Source: Candidatus Collierbacteria bacterium RIFOXYD2_FULL_45_13 (GTDB lineage: Bacteria > Patescibacteriota > Microgenomatia > UBA1400 > MFAQ01). Taken from it: 64,000 bases of DNA. This document shows positions 38,838 through 48,093 of the stretch, piece after piece. The DNA lies in assembly GCA_001774685.1 (NCBI GenBank), contig MFAS01000001.1, forward strand, positions 801,444 to 865,443, given 5' to 3'. The notes under the pieces were generated by a model. That model saw nothing but the letters and a program-made list of their open reading frames with translations, made no database searches and was not told the origin of the DNA. The stretch's first letter is position 1; each line of letters starts with the position of its first letter. Position numbers and translations under genes: made by a program.

Positions 38838-39647
38838 CTGGACACCAATCTTCGGTCTTATCTATTTTTCCGGAATCTCTACTCCCTATTCTCCATGCTG
38901 GTTTCCATCGTCGTCCTGCTGGGGTTAGCTATTTTCATTTATCAGTTTGTCATGGAAACGTTAGGAGCCAATCTGATCTGGTTTCTGATCTTTGCACCTT
39001 TCTTTATCTTTGGTAAAGATATAGTTTTCGATCTAAAGATATATTTTCGACATACTGAATACGAAATTGAGCCTCTGGCAGAACCTCAACTCAGTCGAGT
39101 TAAAAACTTAATGCAACCACTTTTGAAGAAATGCCACCTACTTCGGCACTCCTTTTTTTACTTTCTGGCCGATGATGGAGACGATACGGGGGTCATTATG
39201 CATCAAGGCTCGGCTTATCTGGCAATCGAAGAGGACATACTAGATAGACCGGATCACGAACTTCAATCTGTCTTAGCCCACGAACTGACCCACGTTGTCT
39301 TCTCGGACGGATTGAGAGCTATCTTTCTGAACACAATTTCTATATTACTTGTCATCTATTCCGTTATGGTTATTCCAATCCTGCTCCTGACCATGTCCCA
39401 AGTCCCTTGGTACATTATCGTATTAGGCCTAGCCATATCACTGCGGTTCCTTACCTCCTGGACAAATAAGATTAGCGAGATCACGGCTGACACAGGCGCC
39501 ACCTTACTGGGATATGGTCCCGGTTTGCAGGATTTTTTCTCCCACACACCCAACGAACAAGACTTTCTTGTTTGGCTATTTGATAACCATGAGTCACGGT
39601 CAAAACGGGTGTCCCGAATATCAAGAATCGTCAAACACCTCAAATAG
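38838..39647 (+). CDS. HtpX/M48-like membrane zinc metalloprotease (paralog 2; probable CTG/ATT-region start upstream of the first ATG at 38895)
   Basis: HExxH motif in LAHELTHVVF. The frame upstream of the first ATG is open and encodes LDTNLRSYLFF, parallel to MDAKLRSYYV of paralog 1. It is preceded by GGAGGCTATT, parallel to paralog 1's GGAGGCCGTT. The 5' UTR is conserved between the two paralogs. Confidence 0.5.
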   Translation: MDTNLRSYLFFRNLYSLFSMLVSIVVLLGLAIFIYQFVMETLGANLIWFLIFAPFFIFGKDIVFDLKIYFRHTEYEIEPLAEPQLSRVKNLMQPLLKKCHLLRHSFFYFLADDGDDTGVIMHQGSAYLAIEEDILDRPDHELQSVLAHELTHVVFSDGLRAIFLNTISILLVIYSVMVIPILLLTMSQVPWYIIVLGLAISLRFLTSWTNKISEITADTGATLLGYGPGLQDFFSHTPNEQDFLVWLFDNHESRSKRVSRISRIVKHLK

Positions 39648-39704
39648 ACACACTTCCCCGCCGCCAGGCGGGGATTTTTTTGACATTGACGCCATTAGGC
39701 CAGA

Positions 39705-40922
39705 TCAAATACCCGCCTTAGTACTTTTGAGAATCTCTTCCTTCAAAACCTCCAGAGCCTTGTCTATCTGGTTGTCTGCCAATGGGTCTTTCTCATTTTG
39801 TATATACTCGATTTTGACATCGGGCTCCAAACCAATCTTGTGAATATTTTTTCCGGATGGTAAAAGCCATTCGGCAATGGTGACGTGAAGAGATGACCCG
39901 TCACTAAAATCTTCCGGCTCCTGTACCGTGCCCTTCCCAAAGCTTTTTTCGCCCACCAATTTTGTTCCCAATCTTTCTCTAAGAGCACCCGCTAATATCT
40001 CCGCCGCACTGGCTGATCCTCCGTTTACCAAGACCACCAAAGGCATTCCGATAAGTTTGCCCTCTCTATCCACGCTGGAAACCTCGGTTCTGTTTCTGTC
40101 CCTTTGTTTAACAATCACTCCATCGGCGATAAACTCACTTCCCAAATCTATCGCCCTTTGCAAATAACCACCCGGGTTATTTCTCAAATCCAAAACCACT
40201 CCCCTTATGTTCTTACTCTTAACCTCTGAAACGATTTTCTCCCATTCCGGAAGAGTTTTCTCACCGAACTTGTTTACCCGTATCAAAGCTACTCTCCCGC
40301 TATCCAGCCACTCCAACTCAGTCGATGGTACGTTAATCACATCTCTAACCAAAGTCACATCTCTCGATTTTTTCTCTGATTCCCTAAAGATGGTTAGCGT
40401 GACCGAAGTTCCTTTCTCACCTCGAATTAGATCAACGGCATCCTCCACTTTCATTCCACTGGTATCTTTTGATATTTTCTTCTTTTCATCGGTTATTTTG
40501 AGGATAAAGTCTCCGGCCTTGATACCCGCCTTGAATGCCGGCGTATCCTTAAGCGGTGTCATCACCGCCAAGGTGTTATCAATAAAGCCTAGCTGTATCC
40601 CTACCCCACCAAACTCACCTTGTAAGTCCTCTTTGCTTCGTGCGTTTTCTACCGGAGGAAAAAAGGAGGTATAAGGGTCACCCAGTGAGGCCGTCATTCC
40701 TTCAGCCGCCCCATACATCAGCTTTTTACTATCGATGTCTTCCGGCTTTAAGTAGTTTTTCTTTAATTGGACCAAAACTTCATTCATGATCCTCGTATCT
40801 ACCGCTTCATTACCCTGATATTGACGTGAAGTTTCATACACACCCAATCTGTATCCCGCAAACCCGATTGCGGCCAATAAAATAACTCCAAGCAAGTACT
40901 GTCTTACGACGATAATTTTCAT
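39705..40922 (-). CDS. ctpA: Carboxy-terminal processing protease (S41, CtpA/Prc-like) with PDZ domain
   Basis: A signal-anchor is followed by a PDZ domain and the S41 catalytic region LVNGGSASAAEILAGAL. Confidence 0.85.
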   Translation of the reverse strand: MKIIVVRQYLLGVILLAAIGFAGYRLGVYETSRQYQGNEAVDTRIMNEVLVQLKKNYLKPEDIDSKKLMYGAAEGMTASLGDPYTSFFPPVENARSKEDLQGEFGGVGIQLGFIDNTLAVMTPLKDTPAFKAGIKAGDFILKITDEKKKISKDTSGMKVEDAVDLIRGEKGTSVTLTIFRESEKKSRDVTLVRDVINVPSTELEWLDSGRVALIRVNKFGEKTLPEWEKIVSEVKSKNIRGVVLDLRNNPGGYLQRAIDLGSEFIADGVIVKQRDRNRTEVSSVDREGKLIGMPLVVLVNGGSASAAEILAGALRERLGTKLVGEKSFGKGTVQEPEDFSDGSSLHVTIAEWLLPSGKNIHKIGLEPDVKIEYIQNEKDPLADNQIDKALEVLKEEILKSTKAGI

Positions 40923-40923
40923 A

Positions 40924-41154
40924 TTACGCCTTGTCGGTAAACGGCAATAAGGCTAGGTGTCTTGCACGTTTAATGGCACGGGCCAATCTCAATTGGTGTT
41001 TTTCACAAACACCGGTTGTCCAGCGGGAAACAATTCTCTTTTTTGGAGAAATACCTACCGCTAGAGACTCTAGATCAAAGTAAACCGGCTCCGCCTTCTT
41101 CACACAAAACGGGCAAGGTTTACTGGATTTTCTAATTTTCTTTTTTTGAATCAT
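40924..41154 (-). CDS. rpsR: 30S ribosomal protein S18
   Basis: CPFCVKKAEPVYFDLESL...RITGVCEKHQLRLARAIKRARHLALLPF, the S18 signature. Confidence 0.9.
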   Translation of the reverse strand: MIQKKKIRKSSKPCPFCVKKAEPVYFDLESLAVGISPKKRIVSRWTTGVCEKHQLRLARAIKRARHLALLPFTDKA

Positions 41155-41200
41155 TTTCTTTATTTTTATATATTTTTGTATTCAATCCGCCTTTGGTGGT

Positions 41201-41674
41201 TTAGAATGGTATTTCGTCCGAAACGTCTTTCGAAGCACCTTTATCGTCAGCTGAGAACACTTCTTCGGCTGGAGATACCTGCTCTGCCTTTGGTTCGACA
41301 GGCGTATAATTCGGTTCGTACCCTTCGGAGATACCTTTAGGAGTGTTCAAAGCAATCATTTCCTCTATTACTACTTCGGTAATCTGGCGATCATTACCGT
41401 CTTGTGTCTTCCACTGTCTGGTCTGCAGTCTTCCTTCCACAAAAGCCTTCTGACCCTTAATCAGTAGTTGACTGCAAATCTCTCCCAATTTACCCCACGC
41501 CACAATACGGTGGAACTCAGCACCCTCTTGCTTTTGACCTGAAGAGTCGGTCCATTCACGATTGGTTGCCAATCCGAAGGTGCAAACTGCTGTACCCTGA
41601 GGGGTATATTTTAGTTCTGGATCTCGGGTAAGATTTCCAATCAACGTAACTCTATTTAGACTTCGTGTGCTCAT
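41201..41674 (-). CDS. ssb: Single-stranded DNA-binding protein
   Basis: OB fold NRVTLIGNLTRDPELKYTPQGTAVCTFGLATN. The acidic C-terminal tip reads DEIPF. Confidence 0.9.
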   Translation of the reverse strand: MSTRSLNRVTLIGNLTRDPELKYTPQGTAVCTFGLATNREWTDSSGQKQEGAEFHRIVAWGKLGEICSQLLIKGQKAFVEGRLQTRQWKTQDGNDRQITEVVIEEMIALNTPKGISEGYEPNYTPVEPKAEQVSPAEEVFSADDKGASKDVSDEIPF

Positions 41675-41683
41675 ATCGCTTTA

Positions 41684-42001
41684 TTAAATCCTAATCAATA
41701 AAAATCTTAACATTTTGTCATCCATCTGCAAATCTTTCTCCAGGAGCTGGGCTGCTTCGGAAGTGCCTTCGATAGTCAGCTTTAGGTAATACCCTCGGCT
41801 CTGCTTTTTAATCTCGTAAGCCATAGTCTTCGTTCCCCATTTATCCACACTAATCACCTTGAGAGCACGCTTCTTGCACTTCTCAGCGATTTGTTTGTCT
41901 GCCCCAAGATCGTTCTCGGAGGAAGGATAGATGACAACGAGCTCGTACTTGTTTACGACGCCCATGGACGGTTTGGTTTCGGTTGTCTTTGTCTTTTTCA
42001 C
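41684..42001 (-). CDS. rpsF: 30S ribosomal protein S6 (start uncertain; Lys-rich N-terminal extension if 42001 is used)
   Basis: KYELVVIYPSSEND...KISVDKWGTKTMAYEIKKQSRGYYLKLTIEG. The conserved rpsF-ssb-rpsR order is present. Confidence 0.8.
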   Translation of the reverse strand: MKKTKTTETKPSMGVVNKYELVVIYPSSENDLGADKQIAEKCKKRALKVISVDKWGTKTMAYEIKKQSRGYYLKLTIEGTSEAAQLLEKDLQMDDKMLRFLLIRI

Positions 42002-42166
42002 AAATTTTTTATAATTATTACTTGTCCGCCTTTGGGCGGAACTTGGCTATTTTACTACAAACAGGTGCCCTCTGCCCGAGCGCCTTCCCCGCACAACAGC
42101 TTGACAATTCACCAAACAACCTATAGAATCACCCAAGTTCAAATCTTGCACCTGAAAAGAGGAAAC

Positions 42167-42544
42167 ATGAAGGCTATTTACTTTCTAAGGAACTCAGCAG
42201 TTGTGTTGTTTGTTGTCCTATCTGTAGTAGCGGCAATCGTTCAGTCAAAACCGATATTTCTCGCTGGCGTAGTGGCCTTAGCGATTAGTGTCATCCTTCT
42301 CAGCTTGACACCGGTTTTGCCCCCATCCACTTTACAAAAGACTATCAACAATATTTCCCTGATCTTGTTCATTATCATGATCGCCGCCATCTTGGTGACG
42401 GGTTTGGGTTCCATCATTCCGATGGCACTGGGCTATACACTCGTAGCCAACAGCATGTACCAAATTGCCTACTTCATCGCCCCATTTGCCATTTTTGCTG
42501 CGGGGAGTGCGATGCTCTCAGTTGACCGAACCAATTCGGACTGA
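42167..42544 (+). CDS. Small polytopic membrane protein, hypothetical
   Basis: An AAGAGGA ribosome-binding site precedes the ATG at 42167. Four predicted transmembrane segments. A terminator follows at 42552-42585. Confidence 0.4.
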   Translation: MKAIYFLRNSAVVLFVVLSVVAAIVQSKPIFLAGVVALAISVILLSLTPVLPPSTLQKTINNISLILFIIMIAAILVTGLGSIIPMALGYTLVANSMYQIAYFIAPFAIFAAGSAMLSVDRTNSD

Positions 42545-42629
42545 CCCACTTCCCCGCTTCGAAAGAGGCGGGGCTTTTTATTGCCACAAAAATGCGCCTC
42601 CATAAGGAAGCGCAGAGATAAGAAAATCG

Positions 42630-42914
42630 TCAGAAGCCGAATATTGCACCACCGGACAAAATCGCCAACAGGAGTACAAAAATGATGTCTCCGCAAACAA
42701 TAATCAAGGCATAGCCCATGATCTTGCTCCATTCCTTGTAGGCCGGGTGGTATTGATTCCAAATATAGACGGCCGAGGCAAACACCACCAGATAACACAG
42801 GGCACCCATCAGCCAGGGCACTATACCTACAAAAACTGCCAGCCAGGTCATGAGCACAAAAACCACCAACTGGACACTTAATGCCACATAAGTCTTCTTG
42901 TTTTCACTTGACAT
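42630..42914 (-). CDS. Small membrane protein, hypothetical (start trimmed to MSSENKK; GGAGG ribosome-binding site)
   Basis: GGAGGATCAC-ATG on the minus strand. Three predicted transmembrane segments. Confidence 0.4.
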   Translation of the reverse strand: MSSENKKTYVALSVQLVVFVLMTWLAVFVGIVPWLMGALCYLVVFASAVYIWNQYHPAYKEWSKIMGYALIIVCGDIIFVLLLAILSGGAIFGF

Positions 42915-42945
42915 GTGATCCTCCAAAACTGGTATTGGGTTGTTA

Positions 42946-43215
42946 CTAAACGGCCAACAGGAATATTCCACCCAGAACCAATCCTGAGCCAAGCATCATT
43001 AGGGAAAGATTCAAGCCTATAAACCCCAAAATACTTGCATCTCCGTCCTGGTCGTACTTTTTCTTGCTTTGATAGAGGGAAGTGGCAATAATCAACATTG
43101 CAGAGACCGCTCCCATCAGAAATGAAGGAAGTCCGGAGATGATCACACCGAAAATTAGAATCAAAATATTCAGTACGAAACAAACCACCGAAGCAATCAC
43201 TATATCTTTGTTCAT
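42946..43215 (-). CDS. Small membrane protein, hypothetical
   Basis: 89-aa protein with 3 predicted transmembrane segments. Confidence 0.4.
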   Translation of the reverse strand: MNKDIVIASVVCFVLNILILIFGVIISGLPSFLMGAVSAMLIIATSLYQSKKKYDQDGDASILGFIGLNLSLMMLGSGLVLGGIFLLAV

Positions 43216-43316
43216 TTACTCTCCTCAGAACCAAATTTTAGGGTACTTAGCAGCCCATTCTTACGTGCTTGGATACTACCACAAATCCACCTCGAAGTCA
43301 AGCTATGGGGTGTTAT

Positions 43317-44357
43317 TTAGGTTCCGATCATGAACTCAACCACATCTCCGTCTCTCATTGGATACTCCTTACCTTCGAACCTGACCTTTCCTTTTTCCGA
43401 AGCCTCTCTCCAACCGCCATGAACCACAAACTCGTCATAGTCACACACCTTAGCCTTAATAAACTTTTTCTCAAAATCGGTATGGATCACGGCGGCAGCT
43501 TGAGGAGCTTTTGTTCCCAACGGAATTGTCCACGCCCGGCTCTCCGTAATTCCGGTAGTTAGGAAGCTAATTAGTCCTAGAGTTTCGTAGGCATTTCTTA
43601 TCAGTTTGTCCAATCCCGACTCCTTAATTCCCAGATCAATCATGTATGCCCGTGCATCCTCTTCGGACAAACTTGAGAGTTCCGACTCCACCTTCGCGCA
43701 TATATATAACTCATCGGAAGCTACAGTTAGTCTTGGATCATCCTCACTAACATTAAAAACCTTGATCTCCTTCTTCATCGTCAACAAAAACAAATCCCTC
43801 GCCAGCTCAATCTCTTCTCCTGCGAGGATACTCCTTGCAGGTTTGCCAGCATTGAGTCCTTCAAAAAGTTTCTCTATCACTCCCCTTTTCTTCTCTTCAC
43901 CTTTGATCTTTAGATCTTTTGAGTTTTTAATTCTTTCTACGGTCTCCAGATCCTTTAAGATTAGTTCGGTTTCGATAACTTCATAATCGGTTTTTGGATC
44001 AACACTACCCTCTTTGACAATTTCTGAATCTTTAAAATCCCTTAAAACCTGCAGGATCACATCTACATCTCGTATATGAGTCAGAAACTTATTGCCCAAA
44101 CCGGCACCGGTAGCCGCCCCAGCCACCAATCCGGCAATATCTACAAACTCCACCGTCGCCGGGACTATTTTGACACTCTTGGATATTTCCGCCAACACCT
44201 TCAGCCTTTCATCTGGAACTTCCACAATACCCACATTTGGCTCAATGGTTGCAAAAGGATAGTTTGCCACCAAAGCCTGTTGACGCTTTAACAGCGCATT
44301 AAAAAGCGTCGACTTCCCCACATTTGGTAACCCCACGATTCCAATCTTTAATCCCAT
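43317..44357 (-). CDS. ychF: Ribosome-binding ATPase YchF (Obg-family GTPase)
   Basis: MGLKIGIVGLPNVGKSTLFNALL (G1 motif), followed by a TGS-like C-terminal domain. Confidence 0.92.
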   Translation of the reverse strand: MGLKIGIVGLPNVGKSTLFNALLKRQQALVANYPFATIEPNVGIVEVPDERLKVLAEISKSVKIVPATVEFVDIAGLVAGAATGAGLGNKFLTHIRDVDVILQVLRDFKDSEIVKEGSVDPKTDYEVIETELILKDLETVERIKNSKDLKIKGEEKKRGVIEKLFEGLNAGKPARSILAGEEIELARDLFLLTMKKEIKVFNVSEDDPRLTVASDELYICAKVESELSSLSEEDARAYMIDLGIKESGLDKLIRNAYETLGLISFLTTGITESRAWTIPLGTKAPQAAAVIHTDFEKKFIKAKVCDYDEFVVHGGWREASEKGKVRFEGKEYPMRDGDVVEFMIGT

Positions 44358-44376
44358 GAACCTATTTTACCCCACC

Positions 44377-44586
44377 TCAATCTCGATCTCGCAACTTATG
44401 TTTGAAACTAAATATCTGGCGCCACGGTTTGTGTCGGTCGACGACAAGCGTCCAACCCAAAATTTGCAACCCAATTAGTGCCACCCACCATCCGGGCAGA
44501 ACCGGAAGAATCATCCCGGCAACCCCAAAAACAATGAGAAATATTCCCAGCATTGTACGGAATGTTGATTTGAGATTCTGTTTCAC
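44377..44586 (-). CDS. Small membrane protein, hypothetical
   Basis: 69-aa protein: ILPVLPGWWVALIGLQILGWTLVV. Confidence 0.35.
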   Translation of the reverse strand: MKQNLKSTFRTMLGIFLIVFGVAGMILPVLPGWWVALIGLQILGWTLVVDRHKPWRQIFSFKHKLRDRD

Positions 44587-44677
44587 TAATATCAGTATAC
44601 TTTAAGCCTTCGTCCTCTTCACTAAAAACAAAATCCCGTCTAATGAGACGGGATCAGATTACTCGATAACGCAATCG

Positions 44678-45193
44678 TTACGTGGGCAACTTTTCTCCAT
44701 ACCAGAGATCGGACAACAACGACTTTTTTTGTTTGTAGGCCTCTACAGCCGCTTTATCCCCAAAACTGTTCAGACAATTCAAGACTTCCTTCTCACTCAT
44801 ACCAAACCCTGAGGCATGTACCACCAATTGTCCCACAATATCAGCCAAGATTAGCTCTTCGGCATATGTTCCGCATAAAACAAAAAGGTGACTTCTTCTG
44901 GAAACATTAAAAAAGCGTAGTTGTTTTGCGTACTTACGGATAAAAGACTTTATTCTCCTTCTCGAGGATTTTATTTGCACGGGTAACTCTTTCCGGTGTC
45001 CATTCATCTTGATTGCTTTCAAGAATGAGGGGTTAACCTGGACAAACATGTCATAACCATCTTCGTCTTCGTCACCATTTTGCACAGTTTCCCGTATTTC
45101 AATAACCCATGGTCTCTTTTTGAATACCCGGCTTACGGTATCACACGACTCCTTGCCTCTCGCATCAGAATCAACATCATCCGGCTGCTTCAA
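44678..45193 (-). CDS. Hypothetical protein, possible MazG-like nucleotide pyrophosphohydrolase fold
   Basis: The C-terminal segment YAEELILADIVGQLVVHASGFGMSEKEVL resembles the MazG EELGDvL...A...g.dpeeaL helix pair. Assignment is weak. Confidence 0.3.
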   Translation of the reverse strand: MKQPDDVDSDARGKESCDTVSRVFKKRPWVIEIRETVQNGDEDEDGYDMFVQVNPSFLKAIKMNGHRKELPVQIKSSRRRIKSFIRKYAKQLRFFNVSRRSHLFVLCGTYAEELILADIVGQLVVHASGFGMSEKEVLNCLNSFGDKAAVEAYKQKKSLLSDLWYGEKLPT

Positions 45194-45251
45194 ACATTAC
45201 ACCTCCATTTTCAAGGATCGTGCTCCAATTTTACTCCTATTTTGGCGGAAA

Positions 45252-46369
45252 CTATTTTTTGGTTGGTCTAAGAACTACATGAGTGAACTCTTTACCATCG
45301 CTGTCCTTCCACTGAACACTGGATGCGTCACATTCTATTTTTTTACCCGACTTTGAAATAACACAAAATTTTCCCCGATATTTTCTCCTCTCATCTCTCT
45401 CCCGCAATAATTTAGGGAAACGTTTGTCCGATTTGTCCACCACCCCCTCTCGACCGATTTTTCTCAGCTCCTCCACAGTCCTTTCCAAAAGACGGCACGC
45501 CTCAGGATTGGCATCGATAATACCTCCATCTGCTGTCACAAATAAGATTGCCTCCAAACTATTTTCAAAAAAAGTCTATGCCTTTGCTCACTTTCAACCA
45601 ATCTCCTGGTCGCCCTTCGTTCTCCAGTGACGTCAGACTGAATCGTGACACAGACATCACCATATTCTGAGTTGAACGATTTCACAGCTGTAGCATCGGT
45701 CAAAATCTGGGTTCCGTCCTTCCTAATGTTTTCCACCAAACCGGTCCATCTACCATTCTTCTCGATTTCCTTAATAATCATTTGGCTCGTTTCTGCCTGT
45801 GTATGACCTAAGGCCGGATTGTTGAGAATGCTAATCTCTCTACCCAGCAACTCGTTTTTGTCGTACCCAAAAATTTCCTCAAATCGCCTATTTGCATAGA
45901 CAATCGAACGGTCCATCTTTGTCACCACCACCCCTTCACCCAAATTTTCCAACAACATACTATGCAATTGTTGTAGATCTTCTGCTTTCTTTTTCTCCGT
46001 CACATCTCTGGTATACCAAATCCTGCCATAAACCAAACAGTCCGCTCCGATCATAGGAAAGGTGTGCAGGTCAAAAGATCGACCGTCTTTTAAATACACC
46101 TCGTCTCGGACCACTTTGTTGCTGGCTTTTGTCAATTTTTTTCCCACCGATAAGAATATTTCCGAGTTGCGAAGCAGCTTAGCCGTGTACTTCATAATTG
46201 CTCCAAAGTTCCTGGTCTTTAACACTCTCTCAGGCAAAAGCCACATTTTCTTTGCAATCTCGTTTATCATCAAGACTTTCCCCTGATTATCAGTCAGCAT
46301 CACACCATCGCCACTTCGACTCATCTCATCACCAAAAGGATCTATATCTGAAACTAGATCGTCTTTCAT
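45252..46369 (-). pseudogene. PAS-domain sensor protein (three PAS units) interrupted by a frameshift at an A7/T7 homopolymer. Annotated by the ORF finder as 45536..46369 and 45252..45557
   Basis: The upstream ORF ends ...ESEQRHRLFLKIVWRQSYL*. The downstream ORF starts (TTG)EAILFVTADGGIIDANPEACRLLE, a PAS N-terminus. Inserting one T into the T7 run (plus-strand A7 at 45567-45573) gives a continuous ...RLFFENSLEAILFVTADGG... reading. Confidence 0.5.
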
Positions 46370-46474
46370 AATAAGTGAATAATTACCACTCCAATTTTAC
46401 TCTATTCCACTCACACGCACCAGACTACACAAAAAACCAGGCCCTTGACTTTCGTCTTGGCCTGGAAAACAGGG

Positions 46475-47083
46475 CTATTTCTTACTTTGATCTTTGAGCC
46501 AAAGCAACGCAAGTACAGTCTTCGCATCGCAAATTATGCCCAGTCTCACCATTTCGAAAGCTTCTTCCACGGGAATGATGTGTTTCTTCGTACACTCCCC
46601 CTCATTCACAAGCCCAGACAAAGCACCATCGTCACCGAGACCGGAAACTGTGGTGTAGTACACCCACATCTTCTCGGAAGTCCCTCCAGGGGAAAGATAG
46701 ACGGAGGATATCAGCTGAAACTGACCAAGCTTCACAGTCAGTGCTGCCTCTTCAAAAATTTCATGCTTCAAGCAAGCAATCGGATCCTCACCTGGGGTCA
46801 AGGTCCCGGCTACCAACTCGAAAATCGTCCCTTTAATGGCCGGCCGGAATTGCTCCACAAGCGCGATCTTATCCACAACGGGATCATGGATCAGAACCGC
46901 TACAGAATAGCCTCGCTCCAAAACCCCCCAATCAAACGGGTAGGTCACCTCTTTGCCGTCAAACCCCTCGTGCCTAATGTGTCGCTTCAGGAACTTAAGA
47001 GGTCCTGCTGACCCCACCAAAATATCAGCCAACTCATAGACTATCAATGTTGTTGGTTTCCTAAGGGCAATCGATTTTTTCAT
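46475..47083 (-). CDS. NUDIX hydrolase, ADP-ribose pyrophosphatase-like
   Basis: The protein has a degenerate NUDIX box (AGTLTPGEDPIACLKHEIFEEAAL) and an ADPRase-like LVEQFRPAI motif. Confidence 0.6.
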   Translation of the reverse strand: MKKSIALRKPTTLIVYELADILVGSAGPLKFLKRHIRHEGFDGKEVTYPFDWGVLERGYSVAVLIHDPVVDKIALVEQFRPAIKGTIFELVAGTLTPGEDPIACLKHEIFEEAALTVKLGQFQLISSVYLSPGGTSEKMWVYYTTVSGLGDDGALSGLVNEGECTKKHIIPVEEAFEMVRLGIICDAKTVLALLWLKDQSKK

Positions 47084-47167
47084 CGTTCCTCCGATAAGTT
47101 TTGAATGTAATTTCAGAGTACTATCCTATATTTTAACAGGAGCGTCATTTTTTTGCTGATCAACCTC

Positions 47168-47195
47168 TTGACATCCTGCTAGATAGTGTTATAAT
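47168..47195 (+). promoter_or_regulatory. Sigma-70-like promoter for nadC-nadA
   Basis: TTGACA at 47168-47173, a 16-bp spacer, then TATAAT at 47190-47195, 6 bp before the ATG region at 47202. Confidence 0.45.
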
Positions 47196-47201
47196 AACAC
47201 T

Positions 47202-48092
47202 ATGATTGAGAAAATGCAAGTACCGGAATACTCCATGGGTCTAAGAAAGCGTATCTACGATGCACTACATCTGGACCAAGGCCCTCTCGGAGATGTCACC
47301 TCCCTTGCTCTCATCGAGAAAGAGCGACTGGCTACGGCAGAGTTTGTTGTAAAAGCAGACGGAGGAATAGTCTCGGGTATTGAAGTAGTCAAAGTCGTCT
47401 TTGAACTAGTCGATCCAAAGATAGAGTTTTCTCCCCTGCTCAAAGACGGAGACTCTGTCAAAAAAGACGATGTCTTTGCCACTGTCACCGGACCGGCTAG
47501 AAGTGTCCTTGCCGGAGAAAGAATCGCCCTCGAGTTTCTTCGCCGTATGAGTGGCATCGCCACCAAAACTCAGCAATTTGTTACAGCGGTTGAGGGTACA
47601 GGAGCCACCATTCTCGATACCCGCAAGGTTCTTCCGGGCTATGGAGAACTAGACAAGCAAGCGGTTAGGAATGGTGGCGGAAGCAATCATCGCACCAACC
47701 TCAGTGAGATGGGTTTAATTAAAAACAACCACATCGATGTCTTGGAAGGAGATATTGCCAAGGCGATTCAATTATTCCGAGCAGCCTACCCAAACGTACC
47801 CCTCGAGGTTGAAGTCCGCAATGAAGCCGAACTGATAACGGCACTGGTCAACACTCCGGATAGAATCTTACTGGACAACATGGATAACGAATATACGGGA
47901 ATGGCTGTTGGAATCAGAGATGAATTTACAAATATACACGGCACCAAGATACCCCTCGAAGCCTCCGGAAATATGACTCTGGATAGAGTTAGAAGTGTCG
48001 CCGAAACCGGTGTCGAGTATATTTCCGTAGGGTCACTCACCCACTCAGTCGAAGCCTTCGACATTTCCTTACATATTAGTTTTAACAAGTGA
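47202..48092 (+). CDS. nadC: Nicotinate-nucleotide pyrophosphorylase (quinolinate phosphoribosyltransferase)
   Basis: LDTRKVLPGYGELDKQAVRNGGGSNHRTNLSEMGLIKNNHI is the NadC signature region. Confidence 0.9.
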   Translation: MIEKMQVPEYSMGLRKRIYDALHLDQGPLGDVTSLALIEKERLATAEFVVKADGGIVSGIEVVKVVFELVDPKIEFSPLLKDGDSVKKDDVFATVTGPARSVLAGERIALEFLRRMSGIATKTQQFVTAVEGTGATILDTRKVLPGYGELDKQAVRNGGGSNHRTNLSEMGLIKNNHIDVLEGDIAKAIQLFRAAYPNVPLEVEVRNEAELITALVNTPDRILLDNMDNEYTGMAVGIRDEFTNIHGTKIPLEASGNMTLDRVRSVAETGVEYISVGSLTHSVEAFDISLHISFNK

Positions 48093-48093
48093 C

